A stretch of 64,000 nucleotides of DNA from a candidate division FCPU426 bacterium (GCA_963719085.1 CAVRAL010000004.1:1152001-1216000); one strand, 5' to 3'; shown: positions 1 through 9,289, numbered from the stretch's first letter. Numbers and translations: made by a program. Notes: generated by a model not told the origin, from the sequence alone.

Positions 1-1
1 T

Positions 2-1858
2 TTGGAAGAGGCGAATCGGTTTTGTCCCGTTTGCGGGGCGCCCCGGGAACCCGTGGAGCGCCAAACTTACGAAGGCATCGAGGCTTTTGAGCAGGGGGAA
101 TACGACAAGGCGCTGTCCCTTTTCAAAGGTGTGGCTAAAAAGCAAAACTTAAGCGCTTTCGCGCTGCGTGATGTGGGGCACGCCGCTTTTCACCTTCAGG
201 ATGACAATCTGGCCCTGGATTATTACGAGCGGGCGCTTCAGGTTTACAAAAACCTTCTCGACGTCCATTTCAATGTGGGCCTCATCCATATGCGCCGGGG
301 CCATGTCAATGACGCCATGTTCTCCTTTTTGGAAACGCTTCAACTGATCCACGCGCTCACGCCCGGCAGTTATTACCTGGGGCTTTTTCACACGGCGGAA
401 ACCTTGACGCTTCAATGCCGGCTGAACTTGGGGATGCTTTTCAAGGAGCAGGGCGAGCTGGAGAAGGCGCTTGACCAATACCGGCTCATTTTAGAGAGCC
501 ATCCGAAGAATGTGCTGGCCTTAGGCAATCTGGGCGACGCTTTAATGACTTTGGAGCGCTACGAGGAAGCGATTAAAACCTTTAAGAAGGCCCTCAAGAT
601 CCTTCCCGAAAGCGACGAGAGGCTGAACCTCCAAAATGATTTGGGCGTGTCTTATTTCAAAAAGGGCGAGATTGAGAACGCCATCGTGGAATTTAAGGCG
701 GTATTGAAGAAAAACCCCGACCATGTGAACGCCATCTACAACTTAGGCCAGGTTTATTATCACGAAGGGCTGACGGGCCGGATGAAGAAAGACTACGAGG
801 AATTCGTGAAATCGTCCAAGGACGCGGCCTCGATTCTTTTCGCCCTCTCGAAATCCATGGTGTCGGTGGCCGCGGACGCCGAAAGGAACCGGGTGCAGGA
901 TGATCCCGCCCTTATCGGCAACAGCACGGAGATGAAAAAAATACACGACCTCATTAAGCGGGCCGCCGCCAGTGACGCGACCGTGCTCATCCTGGGGGAA
1001 AACGGAACGGGAAAAGAACTGGTGGCCAAGGCCATCCACCAACAGTCCAACCGCTATGACAAACCCTTCATTCCCATCGCCTGCTCGGCCTTGAGCGAGT
1101 CGCTTTTGGAAAGCGAGCTTTTCGGGCATGAGAAGGGCTCTTTCACCGGGGCCATCGGGCAAAAGATGGGAAAGTTTGAGGCGGCGAACCACGGGTCGGT
1201 TTTTTTGGATGAGATCGGGGAAATCTCGCTGTCCACCCAGGTCAAACTGCTTCGGGTTTTGCAAGAGAGGGAATTTGAAAGGGTGGGAGGGACGGAGCCC
1301 TTGAAGGTGGATATCCGGGTGATCGCGGCTACCAACCGCGACTTGAAGCAGGCCATCAAGGCTGAACGGTTCCGGGAAGATCTTTATTACCGCTTGAACG
1401 TTATTGTGATTGAGCCCCCGCCGCTTCGGCGCCGGGAAGGCGATTTGCCCTTGCTCATCCGTTATTTTATCGACCGGCAGAAAACCAAGCGCTCCACGCG
1501 GTTTGAGGGGGCTTCCGAGGCGGCCTTGAAGATCATGGAAAATTACGCCTGGCCCGGCAACGTGCGGGAGCTTGAAAATGTGATTGAGCGCATCCTCACC
1601 TTAAATGACGATGTGCTGATTAAGCCGGAGCATTTGCCCGAGGAAATGATGGGCAAAAAGCCCCAGGATTCGCCCGAGACAAGAATCGCGACCGGGGTTT
1701 TGCCGGGCTCCAGCGTGTTGGAGTCAGTGGAACGGGAAATGATCGCCCGCGTTCTCAAGGAATCGGACTTCAATAAGAAACAGGCGGCGGTACGATTGGG
1801 CATCAGCCGGCCCACGCTTTATCAAAAGATCCGAAAATACGGGATTGAAGTTCCATAA
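2..1858 (+). CDS. Sigma54-dependent enhancer-binding protein with N-terminal Zn-ribbon remnant (CPVCG), TPR repeats, AAA+ domain and Fis-type HTH; 5' end probably outside the window
   Basis: GENGTGKE Walker [23 protein letters not shown] Walker [38 protein letters not shown]; several TPR helices. Confidence 0.93.
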   Translation: MEEANRFCPVCGAPREPVERQTYEGIEAFEQGEYDKALSLFKGVAKKQNLSAFALRDVGHAAFHLQDDNLALDYYERALQVYKNLLDVHFNVGLIHMRRGHVNDAMFSFLETLQLIHALTPGSYYLGLFHTAETLTLQCRLNLGMLFKEQGELEKALDQYRLILESHPKNVLALGNLGDALMTLERYEEAIKTFKKALKILPESDERLNLQNDLGVSYFKKGEIENAIVEFKAVLKKNPDHVNAIYNLGQVYYHEGLTGRMKKDYEEFVKSSKDAASILFALSKSMVSVAADAERNRVQDDPALIGNSTEMKKIHDLIKRAAASDATVLILGENGTGKELVAKAIHQQSNRYDKPFIPIACSALSESLLESELFGHEKGSFTGAIGQKMGKFEAANHGSVFLDEIGEISLSTQVKLLRVLQEREFERVGGTEPLKVDIRVIAATNRDLKQAIKAERFREDLYYRLNVIVIEPPPLRRREGDLPLLIRYFIDRQKTKRSTRFEGASEAALKIMENYAWPGNVRELENVIERILTLNDDVLIKPEHLPEEMMGKKPQDSPETRIATGVLPGSSVLESVEREMIARVLKESDFNKKQAAVRLGISRPTLYQKIRKYGIEVP

Positions 1859-1905
1859 ACGGAATAACCATTTAGGAATGAAGCCTGGAGTATGATTCGA
1901 TCGAG

Positions 1906-1966
1906 TGTAAACTAATTGAACAGTGTAAATATATTGTGTAAATTATATTTACAAATCTGATTTACA
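1906..1966. promoter_or_regulatory. Putative upstream activating sequences for a sigma54 activator
   Basis: TGTAAA at 1906, 1924 and 1937; TTTACA at 1948 and 1961; palindrome TGTAAA-TTATA-TTTACA at 1937-1953; about 90-145 bp upstream of the predicted start site. Confidence 0.6.
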
Positions 1967-2024
1967 CGGGAAGGGATAAGTCAAATAAAGGGCCCTTTTT
2001 AAAGGCTTATCAAAAACCCCGCTT

Positions 2025-2041
2025 TTGGCATATCCCTTGCT
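2025..2041 (+). promoter_or_regulatory. Sigma54 (-24/-12) promoter
   Basis: TTGGCATATCCCTTGCT: GG at 2027-28 and GC at 2039-40, exactly 10 nt apart; matches TGGCA..TTGCW. Confidence 0.75.
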
Positions 2042-2049
2042 TATTAGTG

Positions 2050-2138
2050 GTACATCCGTGAGAGCGGAGTAGCCTTTTAACGAACCAAACCATTCTCACC
2101 TCCTTAGAGCCTCGGTCTTGACCCACCGGGGCTTTTTT
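2050..2138 (+). ncRNA. Candidate sigma54-dependent small RNA (~90 nt) with an anti-SD seed
   Basis: Lies between the -24/-12 promoter and an intrinsic terminator; 5' hairpin TCCG-TGAGAG-CGGA; single-stranded CCATTCTCACCTCCTTA. Confidence 0.6.
2107..2138 (+). terminator. Rho-independent terminator
   Basis: GAGCCTCGGT/ACCGGGGCTT stem followed by a T-run. Confidence 0.75.
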
Positions 2139-2176
2139 ATTGCCAAAATTCACCTTTTTACATAGTGGCAAATCCA

Positions 2177-2284
2177 TTCACCGCACACGCCAAGGGCGCC
2201 AAGAAACCCATTGGCCGGATTGGTTTTTGGAGGATTTCAACCATTGCTTTTTTGTCTTGGCGAACTTGGCGTCTTGGCGGTGAA
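2177..2284. repeat. Intergenic palindromic element, family A (ACGCCAAG-unit arms)
   Basis: TTCACCGC..ACGCCAAG..CGCCAAG arm, AT-rich spacer, CTTGGCG..CTTGGCGTCTTGGCGGTGAA arm. Confidence 0.8.
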
Positions 2285-2349
2285 ATTGTTTAGGCTTTAG
2301 CTCGTTTTTAGCCCCTGCTTGAGTTTCTTCTGTTGTGTTATCCTAGGCT

Positions 2350-3450
2350 TTGCCGCTTAAAACGCCTTGGAGGACACCCCTGAACGCCTACTGGATTATC
2401 CTTCTCATCTCCGCCGTGCTTTCCCTGGGGCTGACCCCCCTCTTTCGAAAAATCGCCCTTCGCACCAACTTCGTGGACAGCCCCAGCGGGCAGCTCAAAC
2501 GCCATACGGCCCCGGTGCCTTATTTGGGCGGGCTTGCCGTTTATTTCGCCTTTCTGTTGACCCTTTTTGGGGCCATCATTTTCTTATCCCCGGCGGACAC
2601 GCCCAAGATTTTGGCGGTGATTTTTGGGGGAACGATCATGGCCATCCTGGGGTTGGCGGATGATCTATTCTTTTTGAAGCCCGGTTTGAAGTTTTTAGTC
2701 CAGTTTGTGGCGGCGGCCTGCCTGATTATTTTCGGGGTCCATATCAAATTTATCTTTAACCCCTGGCTGGATTGGGTGATCACCCTTCTTTGGGTGGTGG
2801 GCGTCACCAACGCTTTGAACCTGATCGACATCATGGACGGGCTGGCCGGCGGCGTGACGGTCTTGGCGGCCCTGGCTTTTGTTTTCGTGCCTTTGGGCGG
2901 GGAACCCAACTACGTCAATTTGGTGGCGGCGGCCTTGGCGGGCAGCGCCTTGGGCTTTCTTCCTTATAACTACCAACCCGCTAAAATTTATCTCGGGGAT
3001 TCCGGGGCGCTCTTCATCGGGTTCGTCCTGGCCAGCGTGGCGATGGGCGAGAGCTATACCCAAACCAACGTGGTTTCTTTGGCCGCGCCGATTTTGATCC
3101 TGGGCATCCCGATTTACGACACCATTCTGGTGATGTTCCTGCGGTTCCTTAAAGGCAAGTCGATGTTCCAGGGTTCGCACGATCACCTGGCTTTGCGGCT
3201 TCGGTTTTTGGGAATGAGCGTGAAACAGGTGGTGCATTCGCTTTGGGGGTTGACCCTCCTTTGCTGCGGGGCGGCTTTCTTTTTGATCCGCCTGAGCGAA
3301 AAGCGCGCCTTTGTTTTTCTGCTGGCCTTTTTTTTCGCCGCCACCCTCTGGACCCTTTTTGTCGCCATGATCCCGATTGACGGGCCGGGAATGCGCGTGC
3401 CGGCAGCCAAGAAAAAGAAACCGCGAACCGCTCCGAAGTCCAAACGATGA
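2350..3450 (+). CDS. WecA/TagO/MraY-family (GT4) polyprenyl-phosphate HexNAc-1-phosphate transferase; start may be CTG at 2380
   Basis: PYLGGLA, GLADD, NALNLIDIMDGLA, IYLGDSG motifs; multiple TM helices. Confidence 0.9.
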   Translation: MPLKTPWRTPLNAYWIILLISAVLSLGLTPLFRKIALRTNFVDSPSGQLKRHTAPVPYLGGLAVYFAFLLTLFGAIIFLSPADTPKILAVIFGGTIMAILGLADDLFFLKPGLKFLVQFVAAACLIIFGVHIKFIFNPWLDWVITLLWVVGVTNALNLIDIMDGLAGGVTVLAALAFVFVPLGGEPNYVNLVAAALAGSALGFLPYNYQPAKIYLGDSGALFIGFVLASVAMGESYTQTNVVSLAAPILILGIPIYDTILVMFLRFLKGKSMFQGSHDHLALRLRFLGMSVKQVVHSLWGLTLLCCGAAFFLIRLSEKRAFVFLLAFFFAATLWTLFVAMIPIDGPGMRVPAAKKKKPRTAPKSKR

Positions 3451-4757
3451 AGGCTCCTATTCTCATCGCCGGCGGCGGATTGGCCGGGCTGGCCTGCGCG
3501 CGGGAATTGCACCAAGCCGGGAAAACCTATCTTTTGGCCGAGCGCGAAAGTCAAATCGGCGGCCTTTGCCGCACGATTCAAACCCGGGGGTTTAGCTTCG
3601 ATTACACCGGCCACTTTCTCCATTTCAACAAACCCGAGATGAAAGCGTGGGTGTTGAAATTGATGGGCGATCAGTTGAAGACGCGGAATCGGCACGCGGC
3701 CATCTATAGCGAAGGCGCCTATACCGAGTACCCCTACCAAGAAAATAACGCGGGACTCAAACCCGAAACCGCCCGGGAAAATGTTTTGGGTTACCTGGAG
3801 GCGGTCCTGCGGCGGAAGTTCCAGGGCGTGGATCCGGCGGAGGCCAAGGATTTTAAAACCTGGTGCCTTCAAACCTTGGGGCCGGGCCTGTCGAAAAATT
3901 TTATGTTCCCCTACAACGCGAAGCTTTGGAAGTTCCCCCTCGATCGTTTGACTCCCCGTTGGATGGGAAGGTTCGTCCCGTCCTCCCGGGTGGGGGAAGT
4001 GGTGCGGGGCGCTTTTCATCGGGAAAAGTCCGAGTCTGGTTACAACGCCACTTTTCTTTATCCCGAAAAGGGAGGCATCTCGGCCCTGCCAAAGGCCCTG
4101 GCCCATGGCCTTCCCAACCTTTGGATCGGCGCGGGGTTGAAGTCCCTCGATTTGTCCCGCCGGAGGGCCGTTTTGGAGGGCGGACTTGAGGTGGAATATG
4201 ATCGGTTGGTTTCAAGCCTTCCCTTGCCCAGCCTTTTAAAACTTTCCGCCGGGATTCCCGCGCGACTGCGCCGGTCGGCGGCGGCTTTAAAGGCCACCTC
4301 CATCTACAACATTAATTTTGGGTTTAAGGGCCGCCAGCCGGTTCCTTACAGCTGGGTTTATTTTCCGGGAAAAGAATTTTTGTTCCACCGCGCCGGCTCG
4401 GTCAGCGCCTGTGTGCCGGGAATGGTTCCGCCGGACCATTTTTCCCTGTATGTGGAGTTTTCTTATGGTCCCGGCCAAAGGCCCAACCCGGCCGCGATGG
4501 GGCGGCACGCGTTTGAAAAATTGAAGGCCTTGGGCTGGGTGAAATCGTTAAAGGATTTGGCGGTTCGGGTGGACCTAAACCTGCCCGGGGCCTATGTCAT
4601 TTACGATGAGGATCGGGAAAGCGTCTTGGGGGAACTAAGCCGCTTTTTGACCAGGCAAGGGGTCCAATCCATGGGGCGTTATGGCCGCTGGGAATATGGC
4701 AGTATGGAAAGCGCCATGGACCAGGGCCGCCAAGCGGCCCAGGTTTTGATCCAATAG
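3447..4757 (+). CDS. FAD-dependent oxidoreductase, amine oxidase/UDP-galactopyranose mutase-like
   Basis: IAGGGLAG dinucleotide-binding motif, GGLCRT, DYTGH, GRYGRWEY; ATGA overlap with the upstream gene. Confidence 0.75.
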   Translation: MKAPILIAGGGLAGLACARELHQAGKTYLLAERESQIGGLCRTIQTRGFSFDYTGHFLHFNKPEMKAWVLKLMGDQLKTRNRHAAIYSEGAYTEYPYQENNAGLKPETARENVLGYLEAVLRRKFQGVDPAEAKDFKTWCLQTLGPGLSKNFMFPYNAKLWKFPLDRLTPRWMGRFVPSSRVGEVVRGAFHREKSESGYNATFLYPEKGGISALPKALAHGLPNLWIGAGLKSLDLSRRRAVLEGGLEVEYDRLVSSLPLPSLLKLSAGIPARLRRSAAALKATSIYNINFGFKGRQPVPYSWVYFPGKEFLFHRAGSVSACVPGMVPPDHFSLYVEFSYGPGQRPNPAAMGRHAFEKLKALGWVKSLKDLAVRVDLNLPGAYVIYDEDRESVLGELSRFLTRQGVQSMGRYGRWEYGSMESAMDQGRQAAQVLIQ

Positions 4758-4845
4758 GCCCGGCGGGAAGCCGCTTTTCAGTTTTCCCGTGTATAATGCG
4801 GGACAAGTCGCCGGTTAAACTCAGCCTCTTAAATTAGGGAACCGC

Positions 4846-5295
4846 ATGGCCGCCATCGATATCGACTCCATTAAAAACTTAAGCCTTTTCAAGGACCTCG
4901 CGCCCGCCGAGCTGGAAAACTTATCCACCCTCATTTTTGAGAAAAATTATTCGAAGGGCTCCACGCTTTTCGTGGAAGGGATGACCGGCGAGGTGCTTTA
5001 CCTGGTTAAAAGCGGCTCCGTGCAGATCCTCAAAAAACTCGACAATCACCAGGAAACCGCCTTGGCCACCTTGAAAGCCGGGGAGTTCTTGGGTGAAATG
5101 TCCTTGATCGATAATCGGCCCCGCACCGCTACCGCCCGGGTCGCCGAGGAATCAGTGCTTTTGGTCATGACCAAAAAGGCGTTCAACGCCATGATGGAAA
5201 AACATCCTTCGGTGGCCTTGAAAGTATTGTTGGTTTTCCTCAAAGTGGCCAACGAGCGGGTCCGCAAGGCCAACGAGGCCTTCAAGCAAATTTAG
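4846..5295 (+). CDS. Stand-alone cyclic-nucleotide-binding domain protein
   Basis: GEFLGEMSLIDNRPRTATA phosphate-binding cassette; no HTH. Confidence 0.9.
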   Translation: MAAIDIDSIKNLSLFKDLAPAELENLSTLIFEKNYSKGSTLFVEGMTGEVLYLVKSGSVQILKKLDNHQETALATLKAGEFLGEMSLIDNRPRTATARVAEESVLLVMTKKAFNAMMEKHPSVALKVLLVFLKVANERVRKANEAFKQI

Positions 5296-5319
5296 AAATG
5301 CCCAAAGAAGAGGCATTTA

Positions 5320-5481
5320 GCAGTGATGTCCCGGGGCTCCCTACTGGTGTTAAGGATGCCCGGGACAATGTCGCCGTCCACTGTTTATATTTATATAGGG
5401 AAAGGCGACGCGAACGCCGATGAAAAATCTTCAATTTTTGTTTTTTCTTCAAAATCGGCGTTTATCCGCGTTCATCATTGT
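5320..5481 (-). repeat. Palindromic element family C with nested two-hairpin module
   Basis: Reverse complement is homologous to 27989-28143 and 56441-56578. Confidence 0.8.
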
Positions 5482-5526
5482 AAAAAGATTGATTTTTGAA
5501 TTTTAGTCTTTGAAACGGCGAATCCC

Positions 5527-7254
5527 ATGAAATCTCATCTCCTGTCTTCATTTTCCCTGCTCGTGGTTTTGGCGTTGCTGGCCCCCCTTCGGGCCGCCGC
5601 CGACACCTTTGATCCGGATGAATCCGCGATCGAAAACCAGGCGCGGGCCTATTGGCACTACGCCTGCGGTTTGGAAGCCCAGGCCCAAAACGACGACTCC
5701 CGGGCCATGGCGGAGTTTGAGGAAGCTTCCCGGATGGATCCCAATTCTCCCGCCGTCCACAACCGGCTGGCTTTTCATTACTACCAGCAAGGCCTCAACT
5801 ACAAAAGCGAGGAAGAGTTCCGCAAGTCGATCGAACTGGACCCTTCCAATATTGACAACCGGCTGCTTCTGGCCAGCCTTCTGGGAAGCCAGGGGGAATA
5901 TGGCAAGGCGGAAAACCAATACACCGCGATCTTGAAGCTGGACCCGAAAAACTTGGAAGCGCGTTATTACCTGGCCGGCATCTACGCGTCCGAAAACCGC
6001 TACGAGGAAGCCCTGGATAAATACGAGGACATCCTCAAGGACAATCCGAAGGCCGCGGGGGTTTATTACAGTATCGGCCTTCTTTTTATCCGCAAAAACG
6101 ACTCGGCCCAGGCCGAGGGGGCTTTTCAGAGGGCCATCAGCATCGATCCCACCCTGGTGGAAGCCTACAGTTCCTTAGGGCTGGTTTATGAATTGGACCA
6201 AAAGCCCGCCCAAGCCATCGACACTTATCTGGCGCTGCTCAAGATCAAGCCCGATCAAGCCACGGTTTATGAGTCCTTGGGCGAGCTTTATTACAATTCC
6301 AATCAAGACCAAAAGGCCATTGAGGCTTTCCAGAACTATGTCCGGCTCAAGCCCGAGGATCCCTCCATCCAGGACTATATCGGCGTCTGTTCTTACCGCT
6401 TGAAGGACTACGCGGGGGCCGTCAAGGCCTTCCAAACTTTATTGGACGCCCAACCCACCAACGATTTGGTGCGCTACCGCTTGGCGGCCACCGAGGAGGA
6501 AATGGATCTGGACGACGAAGCTATCGCCCAATTGAAGATGATCCTGGACCATGACCCGAAAAATACCGACGCTTGGTACCAAATGGTCCTGATTTATCAC
6601 AAGCAAAAGAAAGAGGACCTGTTGACCCAAACGCTTTTAAGCGGGCTCAAGGCCAATCCCGAGAGCGAGGACCTGATCCTGCTCCAGGCGTCCCTGGCCA
6701 ATGAAAAGGGCGACCTGAAGGCGGCGGAAGCCGGTTATCGAAAGACCATTCAACTGGATCCCAAAAACAGCCAGGCCTATTTTTATCTGGGATCGCTTTT
6801 GGACCAGGAAGGCCAATTCAGCGACGCCATGGACCTGATGAAAAAGGTGATCCAACTTCAGCCGGACGACGCCGAGGCTTTCAATTACATCGGTTATTCC
6901 TACGCCGACAAAAACCAAAATCTGGATGAGGCTCAAAAAGACGTGGAACAGGCGCTGAAGCTGGATCCGAACAACGCCTATTACCTGGACAGCCTGGGCT
7001 GGGTTTTTTACCGCAAGAACGATCTTTCCACGGCCAAAGAAAAGTTCGAGCTCGCCATCGCCCAATTGGGCCCCCAGGCCCAGGAAGCCAACAAGGATGA
7101 CGCCATCATTTTCGACCACCTAGCCCATGTGCTGGTGAGGATGGGGGACAAGATCGAGGCCCAAACCCAATTAAAGAAGGCGTTGGAACTGGATCCCACG
7201 AACAAGGATTTCCTCAACGACCAATCCAAACTGGACTCCACCAATTCCTTGTGA
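5527..7254 (+). CDS. Exported multi-TPR protein of the type found upstream of ispE
   Basis: Signal peptide; many TPRs; AFNYIGYSYAD..YYLDSLGWVFY C-terminal motif. Confidence 0.88.
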   Translation: MKSHLLSSFSLLVVLALLAPLRAAADTFDPDESAIENQARAYWHYACGLEAQAQNDDSRAMAEFEEASRMDPNSPAVHNRLAFHYYQQGLNYKSEEEFRKSIELDPSNIDNRLLLASLLGSQGEYGKAENQYTAILKLDPKNLEARYYLAGIYASENRYEEALDKYEDILKDNPKAAGVYYSIGLLFIRKNDSAQAEGAFQRAISIDPTLVEAYSSLGLVYELDQKPAQAIDTYLALLKIKPDQATVYESLGELYYNSNQDQKAIEAFQNYVRLKPEDPSIQDYIGVCSYRLKDYAGAVKAFQTLLDAQPTNDLVRYRLAATEEEMDLDDEAIAQLKMILDHDPKNTDAWYQMVLIYHKQKKEDLLTQTLLSGLKANPESEDLILLQASLANEKGDLKAAEAGYRKTIQLDPKNSQAYFYLGSLLDQEGQFSDAMDLMKKVIQLQPDDAEAFNYIGYSYADKNQNLDEAQKDVEQALKLDPNNAYYLDSLGWVFYRKNDLSTAKEKFELAIAQLGPQAQEANKDDAIIFDHLAHVLVRMGDKIEAQTQLKKALELDPTNKDFLNDQSKLDSTNSL

Positions 7255-8135
7255 GCGCCCCCGCCCTCGTCCTTCAAACCCCCGCGAAGATCAATTGGGT
7301 CCTGGAAGTGCTGGGCAAGCGGGACGACGGTTTTCATGAGCTGGCCTTGGTTTTTCAGGCCGTCAGTCTTTGGGACGAACTTTCCTTTTATCCCCAAGAC
7401 CGGGGCCTGGAGTTGTCGATAGAGTCTTCCCCGGCGCCTTTGGAAGCCGATGATTCCAATTTGGTTTTAAAGGCGGCGCGGCTTTTTTTTGAGGCGGCCG
7501 GCATTCAGGCGGGAACGCGGATCGGGCTGAAAAAAAATATTCCCCTGGCCGCCGGGCTTGGCGGCGGGTCCAGCGACGCGGCGGCCACCCTTTGGGGGCT
7601 GAACCATCTTTACCAAACCCGGATGCCTTTGGAAAAACTTCAAGCTTTAGCCTCGCGGCTGGGGTCCGACGTTCCGTTCTTTTTGACCGGAGGCACGGCC
7701 TTAGGGACGGGCCGGGGGGAAATGATCGAGTCCTGGGAACCGGCGGCTGATTTTTCGCTCGTTTTGGTCAAACCCGAGGAAGGGCTTGCCACGCCGAAAG
7801 TTTACCAGTCAGGCAAGGCGGTCTTCACTCCGGGCGAAAAGGCCGGGAAATTAAAGCCCTTGCTTCAAACCCGTGACCCGCGGGCGGTGGCCCAGGGTCT
7901 TTTCAATGGGTTGGAGCCCGCCGCTTTTTCCTTGCTCCCGTTGGTCGAAAGCCTCAAGAATAGCCTGTTGAACGGGGGGGCTTTGGGCGCCCTGGTTTCG
8001 GGCAGCGGCCCGACGGTTTTTGCCCTGATGGAAAACGGCGAAGCCGCCCAAGCCTTGGCGAGAAAAATGAAGTCCCAGGCCGCCCATGTTTTTGCCGTCC
8101 AAACCGTTTCGGAAGGTCCCAGGATCCTCTCATGA
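7251..8135 (+). CDS. ispE: 4-diphosphocytidyl-2-C-methyl-D-erythritol kinase
   Basis: PAKINW, KNIPLAAGLGGGSSDAA, GSDVPFF, SGSGPTVF. Confidence 0.97.
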   Translation: MSAPALVLQTPAKINWVLEVLGKRDDGFHELALVFQAVSLWDELSFYPQDRGLELSIESSPAPLEADDSNLVLKAARLFFEAAGIQAGTRIGLKKNIPLAAGLGGGSSDAAATLWGLNHLYQTRMPLEKLQALASRLGSDVPFFLTGGTALGTGRGEMIESWEPAADFSLVLVKPEEGLATPKVYQSGKAVFTPGEKAGKLKPLLQTRDPRAVAQGLFNGLEPAAFSLLPLVESLKNSLLNGGALGALVSGSGPTVFALMENGEAAQALARKMKSQAAHVFAVQTVSEGPRILS

Positions 8136-9127
8136 AAAATAAAAAATCGAATTCCCCGGCGTCTAAAGGCTCCTGGCTCCCCAAAGTTTTGGGCTGGGTT
8201 GTTTTATTGGTTTTGGCTTGCTTCCTCGTTTTCATTTATTTCATCCTGCCGCCCAAGGTCGGGCAATCGATCGCCGACCGGGCCCAAATCCGAAAAGCCT
8301 TAACCCAAACGCCCAAGACGGACGGATTTCGTTATCAGGACGTCAGCTTCACCGCCTCCGACGGGGTGAGCCTCCAGGGCTGGTGGCTGCCCTCGGCGAA
8401 GAAAGGGAAACCCGAGGGAACGGTTATTCTTTCCCACGGGGTTTTTAAAAACCGGGAACAGGTCCTCAGCCGGGCGGAATTTTTAGCCAAGGCCGGCTAT
8501 CAGGTGCTTTTGTTCGACCTACGCGGCTGCGGGGAAAGCGGCAACAGCCCAGTTTCGGGCGGCCTTTTGGAAGCCAAGGATTACCTGGGCGCCTATGACA
8601 ATTTAGAGAAGACCCGCCGGCTTCAAAGCCCCGTGGTATTTTTCGGATTTTCCCTGGGCGCCATCGCGGCCTTGCGGGCGGGTCAACAGGAAGGGGATAA
8701 GATCCAAGCGATCATCGCGGACAGCCCCTTGCCCAACATTAAGGCCTATGTTTCCCGGCGCACCATGGGCGGCGGCTTTAGCGTTTTTCCGGGATTTCTC
8801 GGCCGTTGTTTAAAGGCCTACAACGCCTTAACCGGGCTTTCACTGACTCAAGAGGATTTGGACTTGTCGCCGGTGGTCAAGCAAATCACCCAAACCCCGG
8901 TGCTTTATATTGTGGGACAGAAGGATGACTTGGCCCGGCCCCCGGAAGTGCGGCAGTTGTTTGACTTAACGGCCGCCCGCCATCGCCGCCTGGATTACAT
9001 TCCGGACGCGGGGCATGACCAGACCTATTCCCAATACCCGGTGATTTATGAGCGGGGGGTCTTGGAGTTTTTGAACGATTTAAAAACGGGATTCCCCGAG
9101 CCGAAGCTTTCGGGCGCGGCGAACTGA
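8132..9127 (+). CDS. Membrane-anchored alpha/beta hydrolase
   Basis: N-terminal TM helix, HG, FDLRGCGES, GFSLG nucleophile elbow, D..H. Confidence 0.88.
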   Translation: MKNKKSNSPASKGSWLPKVLGWVVLLVLACFLVFIYFILPPKVGQSIADRAQIRKALTQTPKTDGFRYQDVSFTASDGVSLQGWWLPSAKKGKPEGTVILSHGVFKNREQVLSRAEFLAKAGYQVLLFDLRGCGESGNSPVSGGLLEAKDYLGAYDNLEKTRRLQSPVVFFGFSLGAIAALRAGQQEGDKIQAIIADSPLPNIKAYVSRRTMGGGFSVFPGFLGRCLKAYNALTGLSLTQEDLDLSPVVKQITQTPVLYIVGQKDDLARPPEVRQLFDLTAARHRRLDYIPDAGHDQTYSQYPVIYERGVLEFLNDLKTGFPEPKLSGAAN

Positions 9128-9147
9128 AATAAACAAAAACGAATCAA

Positions 9148-9284
9148 TTTCACCACGAAGTTCACCAAGTACACGAAGTTAAACATGAAATAATCCGACT
9201 AGCCCCATTTTCGGGGTCTTGAAGAAGATTTCGACTGAAAATAAGATTTCTTCACTTCGTGAACTTAGTGCACTTCGTGGTAAA
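9148..9284. repeat. Palindromic element family B (CACGAAG-unit arms)
   Basis: CACCACGAAGTTCACCAAGTACACGAAG ... CTTCGTGAACTTAGTGCACTTCGTGGTAAA between convergent genes. Confidence 0.8.
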
Positions 9285-9289
9285 TGGGC

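Noticed and set aside
2095..2106. 16S rRNA 3'-end sequence TCACCTCCTTA as an rRNA gene fragment
   Set aside because: No helix 45 or other rRNA sequence upstream; it is an isolated 11-mer inside a short transcription unit
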